The notes below the pieces were generated by a model, which did not search any database, was not told where the DNA came from, and worked only from the letters and a program-made list of their open reading frames with translations. This document shows positions 28,421 through 38,128 of a stretch of DNA of 64,000 nucleotides, piece after piece. How positions within the stretch are numbered: the stretch's first letter is position 1; the number at the start of each line of letters is the position of its first letter. Made by a program: the position numbers and the translations under genes. The stretch is from Thermoproteota archaeon (GTDB taxonomy: Archaea; Korarchaeota; Korarchaeia; Korarchaeales; Korarchaeaceae), in contig JAOZGC010000004.1 in assembly GCA_027491915.1 (NCBI GenBank), positions 1-64,000 of the forward strand. The letters run 5' to 3'.

Positions 28421-29439
28421 TAGAGGAAACCCCTCCTAATGTTGAGGGTCGAGTCCGTCAGGTTCATGGAGTCCGAACCGGACGTCAGCCCGGCGACCGC
28501 CCTTATCGCGTCGATGTTCTCCGGAATCACGATGGCCTCTTGATGTATCGCCTGTGCCAGGAAGATCCACCTACCGTCGGAGGAGATGGAGTCCGCCCAG
28601 ACTACGTTCTCGTACACGTCGCCCCTCCCCCTCCCCAGCATCCTCCCGATCCTGAATACGTCGGACGTTGAGGAGAACCCGTGCCGCGAGCTGACCAGGG
28701 TTATCCTCCTCTCCCTGAGCAGCACGTCGATCACATCCTCCTTGCCAACCTCCGAGGCGAGCCTGAGCCCCATCATGTGGACGTGCGCGTGGGTGACCGG
28801 GACCTTGACGGCAGAGGTGAAAACCCTCAGTCCGGGGATGACCTCCCTAAGGTCCGCGGCGTGGTGCGATGGCACGGACACCGGATCCAAGACGGTGGCG
28901 TCTATCGGGCCCTTCTTGAACTCGTGCGGATCCGCGGCCCTCCTGACCAGATTGGCAATCACCATCTCAACTCCGAACTCCCTCTCCAAGGCCCACACCA
29001 ACCTGGCCAGGCCAGTGGTGTTGCAGGAGACGACCCTCACGTACCTCTTCCCGACGGCAGCGTCGTAGTTGACCTGGGCGACGAAGCTGACCTCCCCGAT
29101 CGACGGCTCCTCTCCCCCCTGGAACACGGCTGGCCTTCCCCCACGCTCGTAGTAGGGACGGTTCAGCCTCCCCCTTCCGGATGGGGTGGCGTCGACGATC
29201 ACGTCGCTCTCCCCTATCAGGTCCTCCGTCGTTCCGGCGACCTCTATCCCGCTGCCCTCCCAGGAGTTATCTTCTCCCGGAGGGGCGAACAGTCTCACCC
29301 CCTCAGAGGCCGCCAGCCTCGCCCTGTAATCGGGCCTGGCCTTGGCGACGCCGACGAGATCCATGTCCGGTTGGAGCCTCACCGCGTCGGCCACCCTGGA
29401 TCCTATCGTGCCGTAACCTATCACCCCGACCCTGATCAA
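28417..29439 (-). CDS. gap: Archaeal type II glyceraldehyde-3-phosphate dehydrogenase
   Basis: GYGTIGSRVADAV, VFQGGE, VVSCNTTGL, HQEAIVIPENIDAIRA. TTG start at 29439. Confidence 0.96.
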   Translation of the reverse strand: MIRVGVIGYGTIGSRVADAVRLQPDMDLVGVAKARPDYRARLAASEGVRLFAPPGEDNSWEGSGIEVAGTTEDLIGESDVIVDATPSGRGRLNRPYYERGGRPAVFQGGEEPSIGEVSFVAQVNYDAAVGKRYVRVVSCNTTGLARLVWALEREFGVEMVIANLVRRAADPHEFKKGPIDATVLDPVSVPSHHAADLREVIPGLRVFTSAVKVPVTHAHVHMMGLRLASEVGKEDVIDVLLRERRITLVSSRHGFSSTSDVFRIGRMLGRGRGDVYENVVWADSISSDGRWIFLAQAIHQEAIVIPENIDAIRAVAGLTSGSDSMNLTDSTLNIRRGFLY

Positions 29440-30677
29440 CTCCTCCCCCCTCCCCTGACCAGCGTCCTCCCCCTGACGAGCGCCTCCACGGCGGGCAGCG
29501 GCAGCCCGGCCAGGCTGTAGAGGACGGCCCCTCCGGCCGTGTAGACCCTGCACCCCTCGGCCTTCGCCATCCTGGCCGCGACGCTGAGGTGCCCGCCGCA
29601 CAGCACCGCCTCCCTCCTCGCCTGGGCCGCCGCCCTGACCATCTCTATGGTCCCCCTCCTGTACCTGGGATCCTCGAACAACCCCATGGGTCCGTTCGCG
29701 ATTATCACGTCGTTCTCCCTTATCCTCTCGGCGTAGACGCTCACGGTCCCGGGTCCTATGTCGACTATCCTACCCCTGGGGGGGATCGCGTAGACCGGGA
29801 CGGAGGTTTCCCTGCCATCCAGGTCGACCACGAAGTCCACCGGATAGTAGACCCTGTCTCCGTGGTTCCTAAGGAGCTCCCTGGCAGCCGGGATGAGGAT
29901 CCCCCTCTTCTTTATCCCGCCGAGGTTGTCTCCGACGTCATGACCCGCGGCCGAGGCCATGAGCACCCCTATCAGCCCCCCGGTCAGCACTACGTTGACC
30001 CTCCCGGTCCTGAGGGCGTGCTCAATCACCCTCAACTTGTCCTCAACCTTTGCGCCCCCCACGAGGAACGCCCTCGTTCCCTCGGTCGACTCTATCTCCC
30101 TCATCTCGGCGAGCATCCTCTCCATGAGCCGCCCTGCCGCGGACGGCAGTATGTACGGGAAGGCCACAAGGGATGGCTGCGATCTGTGGGACGCCTGGAA
30201 GGCGTCATTCACGTAGGCGTCGAATAGGGGGGCCAGCCTGCGAACGAAATGGGTCCTCAACAGGTCCCTGGGATCGGCCTCTATGTTCTCCTCCGAGTGG
30301 AACCTGAGGTTCTCCAACATGAGCACATCTCCCGGTCTAAGCTGGTTGATGGCCGACCTGGCCTCCGAGCTCAGGACCGAGTCCACCCTCATCACGTCCA
30401 CGCCGAGCACCTCGGCCAATATCGCCGCGTGCTGTTCCGTCGAGGTGAAATCCCACGTTCCCGGTCTGCCCTGATGCGTTCCAACGACCACGGCCGCCCC
30501 CCTGTCCAGGATCTCCCTGACGGTGTCTGCGGCCTGCCTTATCTTAGTCTCGTCCATTATCCCCCCGTCGGAATCTATGGGGACGTTCATGTCCGACCTG
30601 AGGAAGATCCTCTTTCCCTCCAGATCGAGGTCCTCCAGTCTAGGTATTTCTCCCTCCACCGGGCGCACCCCCCGCAT
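29436..30677 (-). CDS. pgk: Phosphoglycerate kinase
   Basis: LRSDMNVP, HQGRPG, LENLRF, GGAKVEDK, NGPMGLFE. Confidence 0.95.
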   Translation of the reverse strand: MRGVRPVEGEIPRLEDLDLEGKRIFLRSDMNVPIDSDGGIMDETKIRQAADTVREILDRGAAVVVGTHQGRPGTWDFTSTEQHAAILAEVLGVDVMRVDSVLSSEARSAINQLRPGDVLMLENLRFHSEENIEADPRDLLRTHFVRRLAPLFDAYVNDAFQASHRSQPSLVAFPYILPSAAGRLMERMLAEMREIESTEGTRAFLVGGAKVEDKLRVIEHALRTGRVNVVLTGGLIGVLMASAAGHDVGDNLGGIKKRGILIPAARELLRNHGDRVYYPVDFVVDLDGRETSVPVYAIPPRGRIVDIGPGTVSVYAERIRENDVIIANGPMGLFEDPRYRRGTIEMVRAAAQARREAVLCGGHLSVAARMAKAEGCRVYTAGGAVLYSLAGLPLPAVEALVRGRTLVRGGGRS

Positions 30678-30684
30678 CCGGGCG

Positions 30685-31503
30685 TCACCCGGAGACCACC
30701 GCCCCCTCGAGGGCGTCCTTGCAGGCGCACCCCCTCTCCTCCGGTATCAGCGAGACGGCGCCCTCGAGGATCGACCTGACGTCGTCCATCCTCCTGGAGA
30801 ATATCTCCTTCACCTCGTCGTGGGTCAGCTTGGCCGCCCCGGCCACGCCCGCCGCGTAGTTCGTCACGACGGCCACGGTCGCGTAGCACATCGCCAGCTC
30901 CCTGGCCAGCGCGGCCTCCGGGCACCCGGTCATTCCCACCACGTCGCCCCCCAGGATGCGAAGCGCCCTGATCTCCGCCGCGGTCTCGAACCTGTTACCC
31001 TCGGTGCACACGTACACGCCGCCGTCGACGACGTCCACCCCGGCGCGTCTGCCGGCCTCCACGAGGGCCCTCCTGAGCTCCGGACAGTACGAGCTCGGGG
31101 TCATCGACACGTGGACGACGCCCCTGATCACCCTCCCCCCCACCTCTATCTCGGTCTCCCCGTCGTAGTACGTGTAGGCCCTGCCCTTCGTGAAATCCAT
31201 GAAGTCGTCGGGCACTAGCAGCGTGCCCGGTCTCAGCTTGGGGTCTATTCCCCCTACCGCGTTGGTCGCGAGGACCCTCTCCACCCCGACCTTCCTGAGC
31301 GCCAGCAGGTTTCCCCTGTAGTTCACCCTGAAGGGTGGGATCCGATGTCCCCTGCCGTGCCTCGGCAGGAAGGCCACCGACCTCCCGCCCAGACTCCCCA
31401 TACTGAGCTCAACCCGGCCAAACGGCGTGTCCACCTCGACGGTCCTCGGGGAGTCCAGCAGGGAGTAGAGCCCGCTGCCCCCTATTATCCCTATCCTGGG
31501 CAT
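30685..31503 (-). CDS. mtnP: 5'-methylthioadenosine / purine nucleoside phosphorylase
   Basis: IGIIGGSGLY, FLPRHG, EGNRFETAAE, VVGMT, VTNYAAG. Confidence 0.9.
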   Translation of the reverse strand: MPRIGIIGGSGLYSLLDSPRTVEVDTPFGRVELSMGSLGGRSVAFLPRHGRGHRIPPFRVNYRGNLLALRKVGVERVLATNAVGGIDPKLRPGTLLVPDDFMDFTKGRAYTYYDGETEIEVGGRVIRGVVHVSMTPSSYCPELRRALVEAGRRAGVDVVDGGVYVCTEGNRFETAAEIRALRILGGDVVGMTGCPEAALARELAMCYATVAVVTNYAAGVAGAAKLTHDEVKEIFSRRMDDVRSILEGAVSLIPEERGCACKDALEGAVVSG

Positions 31504-31611
31504 CGTCCACCCCCCTCGCATCCCTTCGAATAATTTATATCCCACGTGGAGGTCGGCGCTGCCGCCTGGTCCTGAAAGAATCCAACGTCTGTCAGACCGG
31601 GAGGGGGTATT

Positions 31612-33270
31612 ATGGCCCTAGCGACCATAGGCGGAAGACCTGTCCTGATCCTTAAGGAGGGGACGACCCGAACCAGGGGAGAGGAGGCCCGGCGGACGAA
31701 CATCATGGCTGCCCGGGCCATAGCCGATGCCGTCAGGACCACCCTCGGTCCCAAGGGCATGGACAAGATGATAGTGGACTCCCTGGGAGACATAACCGTC
31801 AGCAACGACGGGGCGACCATACTGCAGGAGATGGAGGTCGCCCACCCGGCCGCCAAGATAATGGTGAACCTGGCCAAGGCCCAGGACAAGGAGGTCGGCG
31901 ACGGAACCACGACCGCCGTGGTGCTGGCGGGTGAGCTCCTGGCCGAGGCCGAGAACCTACTCAACAAGAACATACACCCGACCATCATAATAGACGGCTA
32001 CGAGAAGGCCCTCAGGTTCGTCGAGGAGGAGCTGGACAAGCTGGCCGTCCCCGTCGATCCGAACGACGAGGACATGCTGAGGAGGGTGGCCGAGACCTCC
32101 ATGAGCAGCAAGCTCGTCAGGGGGGCGAGGGCCAAACTCGCCGAGGTGGCCGTCAAGGCGGTCAAGTCGGTGGCCGAGAGGCAGGGAGACCGGACGGTCG
32201 TCGACATAGACAACGTCAAGATAGTTAAGAAGAAGGGAGAGGGCCTGGCGGAGACCGAATTCATCCGGGGGGTGGTCCTCGATAAGGAGGTGGTCCACCG
32301 CGACATGCCGAAGACCGTCAGGGATGCAAAGATAGCCCTCCTGAACCTGTCCCTGGAGGTCAAGAAGCCGGAGATAGACGTGGAGGTTCAGATATCTACC
32401 CCCCAGGAGCTCAGGGCCTTCATAGACCAGGAGACCAAGATGCTACAGGAGAAGGTTGAGAAGATTGCCTCCACCGGCGCGAACGTCGTCTTCTGCCAGA
32501 AGGGGATAGACGAGGTGGCCCAGCACTTCCTGGCCAAGAAGGGCATACTGGCCGTCAGGAGGGTCAGCGAGAAGGACATGAGGAGGCTCGAGAGAGCCAC
32601 CGGCGGCCGCATCATAAACAACTTGGACGACCTCTCGCCGGAGCACCTCGGGAGCGCCGGCCTGGTGGAGGAGAGGAAGATAGGAGAGGACAGGATGGTC
32701 TTCGTCCAGGAATGCAAGGATCCCAAGGCCGTCTCCATACTGATAAGGGGAGGGGCCGACACGATCCTGGATGAGGCGGAGAGGGGGATCAAGGACGCGC
32801 TCTACGTGGTCAGGAACGTGGTGGAGGATCAGAAGGTGGTCTACGGCGGGGGAGCAATTCAGCTCGAGCTGGCTAGGAGGCTGAGGGACCACGCCGAGAG
32901 GTTCGGAGGCAAGGAGCAGCTCGCAATAGAGGCCTTCGCCAATGCCCTCGAGTCCATCCCCAGGACGCTGGCCGAGAACGCCGGGATGGATTCCGTCGAC
33001 GTGCTGGTCCAGCTCAGGAAGAAGCACGCCGAGGGGGCCACGGACTACGGGGTCGACCCGGTCGAGGGGAGGATAGCCTCCATGAAGGAGCTGGAGGTGA
33101 TCGACACCTTCAGGGGAGTGAAGAACTCGGTGTCCTCGGCCACCGAGACGGCGATCCTCATAATAAAGACCGACGACATAATAGCCGCCAAGCCGTACGA
33201 GAAGAAGGAGAAAAAGAAGGAGGAAGAAGAAGAGGAGGAGGGCAAGGAGGGCAGCAAGTTCGAGTTCTAA
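31612..33270 (+). CDS. ths: Thermosome (group II chaperonin) subunit
   Basis: TLGPKGMDKM, GDGTTT, GGGA, IPRTLAENAG. Confidence 0.98.
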   Translation: MALATIGGRPVLILKEGTTRTRGEEARRTNIMAARAIADAVRTTLGPKGMDKMIVDSLGDITVSNDGATILQEMEVAHPAAKIMVNLAKAQDKEVGDGTTTAVVLAGELLAEAENLLNKNIHPTIIIDGYEKALRFVEEELDKLAVPVDPNDEDMLRRVAETSMSSKLVRGARAKLAEVAVKAVKSVAERQGDRTVVDIDNVKIVKKKGEGLAETEFIRGVVLDKEVVHRDMPKTVRDAKIALLNLSLEVKKPEIDVEVQISTPQELRAFIDQETKMLQEKVEKIASTGANVVFCQKGIDEVAQHFLAKKGILAVRRVSEKDMRRLERATGGRIINNLDDLSPEHLGSAGLVEERKIGEDRMVFVQECKDPKAVSILIRGGADTILDEAERGIKDALYVVRNVVEDQKVVYGGGAIQLELARRLRDHAERFGGKEQLAIEAFANALESIPRTLAENAGMDSVDVLVQLRKKHAEGATDYGVDPVEGRIASMKELEVIDTFRGVKNSVSSATETAILIIKTDDIIAAKPYEKKEKKKEEEEEEEGKEGSKFEF

Positions 33271-33284
33271 GGGATCCGCCGTCG

Positions 33285-33345
33285 GTTCCCCCCTTTCCCA
33301 TCACCCCTACTTTTCCACTTTTCCCCCATCTCCTTACCTTACTCC
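33285..33345 (+). terminator. Pyrimidine/T-tract terminator region after the thermosome gene
   Basis: CCCTTTCCC...ACTTTTCCACTTTTCCCC between convergent genes. Confidence 0.45.
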
Positions 33346-33405
33346 CGGCCTCTCGTTCCGTGATCTCGCCGTTTCGTCTCCTCACCAACCTCCTCTCCCG
33401 AACGC

Positions 33406-34785
33406 TCACTCCCCCCTTCTCTTTCTCTTCGTTGCCAGGATGCCTATCAGGGCCAGAGGATACATGGCGTACAGGTAGGGGTGAACGGGCCCCGATTCTA
33501 TCCAGACCATCATGGCGCTGGTCAGTATCCCGTTGAACGCGGCGAATATCCCCCTTCTATTCCTGGGCGTCGAGGAGGCGAGCCGGAACACCGCGCCCCC
33601 AATCAGCCCTATGGCCAGGGGTACCAGGACCACCCCTGCCGCGCCGAAGTCTATCCAGATCGGTCCTACCAGGGAGGTGGTGTAGGCCACTGGCCTGCCG
33701 ACGGCGGCCTCTCCCGTCAGCGGTCCGATCAGGGGCCTGGGGATCCCCATCATGGTGAGTATCGGATTGAGGAAGAGGAGCACCCCCCAGCTCCTCCCCG
33801 CGGGGCCGTAATCCTTCAGGACGAGCGTCAGGCAGTGGAGGGTGAACCCGGCCCGACTGACGGAGACGTACCAGGGGTCGCCAGCCAGCCCCATCTTCGC
33901 CATGAGTATCATCTTCTGCCCGACGAACAGCGCGGCCATGGGGAGGGCCAGCAGGACCACCACCGTCCTGGCCCTTATGGAACCCATCATCCACATCGTC
34001 AGCACCAAGGTGCCGAGGGCGACGAACACGTCCAACCTGAATCCGGATGGGAACGTGAGCGCCACCGTGCCGACGGCGAGAGCTGCCTGGAGGGCGATCT
34101 CCCCCCCTCTGTCCAGGGTCCCCTCCTCCCTGAGGGCGGCCGCGGCGGCCGAGATCGCTCCGACGCCGAGCACAAACGCCGAGTAGCTGAGGGACCATAT
34201 CTCGTCGTGTCTCCTCAGCTCCGGATACAGGAGGGGTATGCTTCCCCTGGAGAAGTAGCTGTAGGCCAGCCCGACGATCCCCATCGAGACCAGAGGGAGG
34301 GCGAAGTGGGTCAACCTCTTGGGCCCTGGCGGCCTTATCTCCCCCATCCTGCCGGCGACCCGCTCCCCGAGCAGGAGGCCCGCCACGTAGCTGGATATGC
34401 CGATGGTCCAAAGAAATAACCCCAGAACTTCCGTTTCCGGATAGAGCACGGGAAGTGGGCTTATCAGCGCGAGGACGACGTAAACCGCGAACAGGAGGGG
34501 GATCAACACGTGGGGCGACAGGAATCCCCTCCTCTCGACCGCCCACCTGAGCGGCCTCAGGATAAGGCTCTCCCTGAAGGCGGTCGCAGCGGGAGAGGTG
34601 ACGCGGGCGATCCTCTCCTCTACCTCCTCCAGGACGGAGGCCGCCCGCCCGCCCGGTGAGGCGACCCCCCCCAGCGCGCCGGCCGCCCCGAACAGGACGC
34701 CGGCCAGCCTCTCGCCCAGATACAATTCCACGTCTAGGATCGACCAGAGAACCCTGAGGAGCAAGCTGTCGTCCGCAAGGCCCAA
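33406..34785 (-). CDS. Oligosaccharide repeat-unit polymerase (Wzy-like) membrane protein
   Basis: About 10 TM helices; SGFR motif and YTTSLVGPIWIDFG loop typical of archaeal O-antigen-polymerase-like proteins. Confidence 0.7.
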   Translation of the reverse strand: MGLADDSLLLRVLWSILDVELYLGERLAGVLFGAAGALGGVASPGGRAASVLEEVEERIARVTSPAATAFRESLILRPLRWAVERRGFLSPHVLIPLLFAVYVVLALISPLPVLYPETEVLGLFLWTIGISSYVAGLLLGERVAGRMGEIRPPGPKRLTHFALPLVSMGIVGLAYSYFSRGSIPLLYPELRRHDEIWSLSYSAFVLGVGAISAAAAALREEGTLDRGGEIALQAALAVGTVALTFPSGFRLDVFVALGTLVLTMWMMGSIRARTVVVLLALPMAALFVGQKMILMAKMGLAGDPWYVSVSRAGFTLHCLTLVLKDYGPAGRSWGVLLFLNPILTMMGIPRPLIGPLTGEAAVGRPVAYTTSLVGPIWIDFGAAGVVLVPLAIGLIGGAVFRLASSTPRNRRGIFAAFNGILTSAMMVWIESGPVHPYLYAMYPLALIGILATKRKRRGE

Positions 34786-34792
34786 TCGAGAC

Positions 34793-35653
34793 TCACCCCT
34801 CCTCCCCGAACGTCGTGGACACCCTCACGTACCTGACCCCCGGCATGGACCTGATGTCCCTCAGGATCTCCGCCTTGACGCCCATGGAGACCTCTCCCTC
34901 CATGACCACCTTGAAGTTCAGGTCGTACGCCAGGACCTGTCCCCTCCCCAGGAAGGATTCCAAGATGTGCGTCGCTCTGCCCACATCACCCAGCGGGACG
35001 TCCTGGAAGGACAGATAGAGAGGGTAGTCTACCGAGCCTGCGAACCGGATTAGACCCCCAGAAAAGCGGTTCAACACGGTCTCCAACCAGTACACCGGAA
35101 TCCGCCCCTCCCTTATTCCCTCCAGCATCGCCTCGTCGATCAGCTTGAAATTCACGTAGATCCGAGCCCTCGCACCCGCATCCCGGATGAACCCCAAGAT
35201 TCTCTCCCCAAGGGACTCGATCTCGGAGAGGTTTTCCAACCTCCTGGGGCCGACGTAGACCACCATCTTGTTCGCCGCCCTGGTCGCCCTGACCCTCACG
35301 TACAGGGGATCAAGCTCCAGCGGCACCGGTTCCTTCAGCTTCTGATCGTCGGAGTAGACCACCAGGCTCTCTCCGTCCCCCCCGAAGAGGACCGAGTACC
35401 GGTATGAGCGCACCACCATTCCCGTCACGTTGATCACGCTGCCGTTGCTCTCCATACCGTAGGCGCTGCCCTCGAGCGAGAATCCCCTGTCTCTGTAAAA
35501 CCTGGCCACGTAGGCCAGCGAAGTACCGGTTCCTATGTCGCCCTCGTAGAACGACTCGTAATCCGCCCTCATGACGGCGGACGCAGCCAAGAAGACTATA
35601 ATCGCCAGATCCAGCGAGACAGCGATCAGCCTGCCGAGCCTCAAGGAGATCAC
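34793..35653 (-). CDS. Hypothetical N-terminally anchored protein (paralog of the adjacent gene)
   Basis: One N-terminal TM helix, N-x-S/T sequons, SD GGAGGTGA, tightly packed in an operon. Confidence 0.75.
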   Translation of the reverse strand: MISLRLGRLIAVSLDLAIIVFLAASAVMRADYESFYEGDIGTGTSLAYVARFYRDRGFSLEGSAYGMESNGSVINVTGMVVRSYRYSVLFGGDGESLVVYSDDQKLKEPVPLELDPLYVRVRATRAANKMVVYVGPRRLENLSEIESLGERILGFIRDAGARARIYVNFKLIDEAMLEGIREGRIPVYWLETVLNRFSGGLIRFAGSVDYPLYLSFQDVPLGDVGRATHILESFLGRGQVLAYDLNFKVVMEGEVSMGVKAEILRDIRSMPGVRYVRVSTTFGEEG

Positions 35654-35657
35654 CTCC

Positions 35658-36470
35658 TCAGCAGGATCGCCTCACCTCGATCAGCCTCATACCGTGCTCC
35701 AAGGCTAGCCTCTCGACGGCGTCCAAGTCCGCGTCGTGCCTGATCAGGACGAGCACCAGGCTGACGGAGAACCGGTGGTCGATCAGTCCGTACTCCCCCG
35801 ACACGATCTCCCGGACGGCGTCCTCAGCGCCGACCACGCTCCGAATTGGGCTGAACGTGTAGCTGACAACGGCCTCTCTCCCCGCCGTCCTCACCAGGAA
35901 GGCGCCCCTCCACCCGGCCAGCACGTCCGTCACGAGGCTCCCGGGTATGGCGCCCCTATCGGCGAGGAATCCGGAGTCGGCCAACACGAAGCACTCCAGG
36001 GCCCCCACCTCACGCAGGGCCGAGCACATCCTCGCGATCTCCCGAGCCTCAACCTCGCCCGTCGGGCTCTCCGGCCCCAGGGCCGCCAGATCGTAACCGT
36101 CCTCTCTCTTTGGATATATTTTGGTCCTTACTGGTATTCCATCTACAAATCTATAGGTAAAATCGTCGGATAGAATCACTGTATCATTTCGTATTGGGTC
36201 ATATAATATAAAATATTTGGAGGTCGCATATATCAACTTGCCCGAGAAGTTCCCGTACCCCCCCTCCCTCATGGCCGCCGTGACGGCGAGCCAGGCGTCG
36301 AAACCCCTCCTGGTGGTCCCAACGTAGGTGGCGTAGACCCCCCCGGCTTCGGCCCCCCTTATGTCGAAGTACCCGTCAGTTCCCCTCGGCGGGAAGCCGA
36401 GGACCAGGACGACCAGGGTCCCGGCCAGGGCCGCGTCTAGCGTCAGACCCGCCGTCCGGATCCGGACCAA
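35658..36470 (-). CDS. Hypothetical N-terminally anchored protein
   Basis: TTG start after GGTGA; N-terminal TM; shares RGF...N.SG...SDD pattern with 34793-35653. Confidence 0.72.
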   Translation of the reverse strand: MVRIRTAGLTLDAALAGTLVVLVLGFPPRGTDGYFDIRGAEAGGVYATYVGTTRRGFDAWLAVTAAMREGGYGNFSGKLIYATSKYFILYDPIRNDTVILSDDFTYRFVDGIPVRTKIYPKREDGYDLAALGPESPTGEVEAREIARMCSALREVGALECFVLADSGFLADRGAIPGSLVTDVLAGWRGAFLVRTAGREAVVSYTFSPIRSVVGAEDAVREIVSGEYGLIDHRFSVSLVLVLIRHDADLDAVERLALEHGMRLIEVRRSC

Positions 36471-36539
36471 AGGCTCACCGGACACCGGCATTTCGCGGCG
36501 CAAATAAAAGTTGCAACTGGCCCGGGGGGAAGGTCCGGC

Positions 36540-37691
36540 ATGCTCGCCCTCCAGGGGGCTGCGAGGCGGCTCAGAGGGGGGTTCCTCCACCCCGTGTCCC
36601 TGCTGGCCCTCGGGTACCTCTCCATGGCGGCCGCAGCGCACCTAGAGGGCTTCGACCCGGGACCCGAGGCGGCGGCCTTCATGTTGGTCGGCGTGGGTTC
36701 TGCGGCCGCGGGATCGTGGTCGGCTAGGAGGTTCCCCTGGCTGGTCCCGCCGCTCGCCTCCCTATCATCGGCCGCGTACCTGCTCTCCCTCTTCTGGGGG
36801 ATCCTGGGTCCCGCCGCCGCGCTCCCGGCCGTCTCGATGGTGGCCGCGTTGTGGCTGATGCGGACGGCCCGCCCACCCGGGATTCGACTCGCGAGGCTGG
36901 TGTACCTGCTCGGGATCTCGCTGACGCTGGTAAATCCAATCCTCAACTTGACCTTCCTCGGCGGGCCACCAAGGTCGATCGAGCCGCCGCTCGAGGCGGC
37001 CGCCGGCCCGCTGCTCACCGCCCTCTCCTTCCCCTGGGTGCTGGCGGAGGTTCAAGCCAAGGATGGGAGGCGGGCCGGACTGATCCTCACAGCCCTGACC
37101 GCCGCGACCGCGTTGAGCACCGGTTTCAGGGCCGACGCCGTGGTTATCCTGCTAGAGGCGGCCCTGATCTGCGCCTCCAGAAACCGCCGCGGCGAGGCCG
37201 CGATGACGCTGGCGGCAGCCCTCCTCCTGTTCGTCGTGGTTGGGGTCCTCAGGGCCTCCTCCCATCCCGCGGCCGTCATGGCTTGGGATCCGGTCAGGAG
37301 GGCGGCCACCTCGATGGGATACTTCTACGAGCTGTCTTCTCTGTCCTGGCCCCTCGGGATATTTGAGGATCCACTGTTCCTCCTGAGGCAGTTTCGGCAC
37401 CCCTCCCAAGTGATAGGGAGGGGGATCCTCGGCAGGGGAACTGGCATAACGCCCACCGCCTTTGGGACCGACGTCGTGTCCTTCGGCCTGCCAGAGCTCA
37501 TCGTCGTCTGGTTCCTCTTGGGCTCCGCCCTGGAGGCGTTGGACGAGCGGCGGATCTCCGGGGATCCAAGGCCCCACTCGCTCGCCGCCTCCCTCATAAT
37601 AGTCTCTCTGGACGTCGGCCTGACGCAGGCGGTCCTGTTCGTCGTCCTGGCGGCCGCGGCCGCGGTCCGGGTCGGGGAAAGATCTTTATAG
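36540..37691 (+). CDS. Second Wzy-like polytopic membrane protein
   Basis: About 10 TM helices; TGFR and ITPTAFGTDVVSFG motifs parallel those of 33406-34785. Confidence 0.65.
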   Translation: MLALQGAARRLRGGFLHPVSLLALGYLSMAAAAHLEGFDPGPEAAAFMLVGVGSAAAGSWSARRFPWLVPPLASLSSAAYLLSLFWGILGPAAALPAVSMVAALWLMRTARPPGIRLARLVYLLGISLTLVNPILNLTFLGGPPRSIEPPLEAAAGPLLTALSFPWVLAEVQAKDGRRAGLILTALTAATALSTGFRADAVVILLEAALICASRNRRGEAAMTLAAALLLFVVVGVLRASSHPAAVMAWDPVRRAATSMGYFYELSSLSWPLGIFEDPLFLLRQFRHPSQVIGRGILGRGTGITPTAFGTDVVSFGLPELIVVWFLLGSALEALDERRISGDPRPHSLAASLIIVSLDVGLTQAVLFVVLAAAAAVRVGERSL

Positions 37692-37723
37692 GGGGATCGC
37701 CAACCCCGACCCCGGGTGAGCGG

Positions 37724-38128
37724 CTGCCAAAGTACTATCACGGACCCATCGCCATCAGGGGGAGGACCCCGACCGGAAGGAGGCTCAAGCTGGCCAGGGG
37801 AAAGAGGAAGAGGGAATCAGGCCGCGACCCGGCGAACACCAGGATAGGAGACAGGCTGGTCTCCCGCATAAGGGTCATGGGAGGGGGAACAAAGCTCAGG
37901 CTCCTCTCGGACGACCTGGTTAACGTCGCCATACCCAGCACCGGCGAGACCAGGAGGGCCAGGATACTTGACCTGGTGGACAATCCGGCCAACAGGTACA
38001 TGACGAGGAGGAAGATCATAACCAAGGGGACCCTCTTGAAGACCGAGCTGGGCCTGGCCAGGGTTTCGTCCCGCCCCGGACAGGACGGGGTGTTGAACGC
38101 CGTCCTAGTGGAAGAGAGCTCTTCTTGA
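37724..38128 (+). CDS. rps8e: 30S ribosomal protein S8e (CTG start inferred)
   Basis: YHG...TPTGRR...RGKRKRESGR, RVMGGGTK, NPANRYMTRRKIITKG, SRPGQDGVLNAVL. Confidence 0.93.
   Translation: MPKYYHGPIAIRGRTPTGRRLKLARGKRKRESGRDPANTRIGDRLVSRIRVMGGGTKLRLLSDDLVNVAIPSTGETRRARILDLVDNPANRYMTRRKIITKGTLLKTELGLARVSSRPGQDGVLNAVLVEESSS

Noticed and set aside
33158-33409. 83-aa basic ORF coupled to the Wzy-like gene
   Set aside because: It is the complement of the pyrimidine-rich terminator tract and runs antisense into the thermosome gene; no family features.
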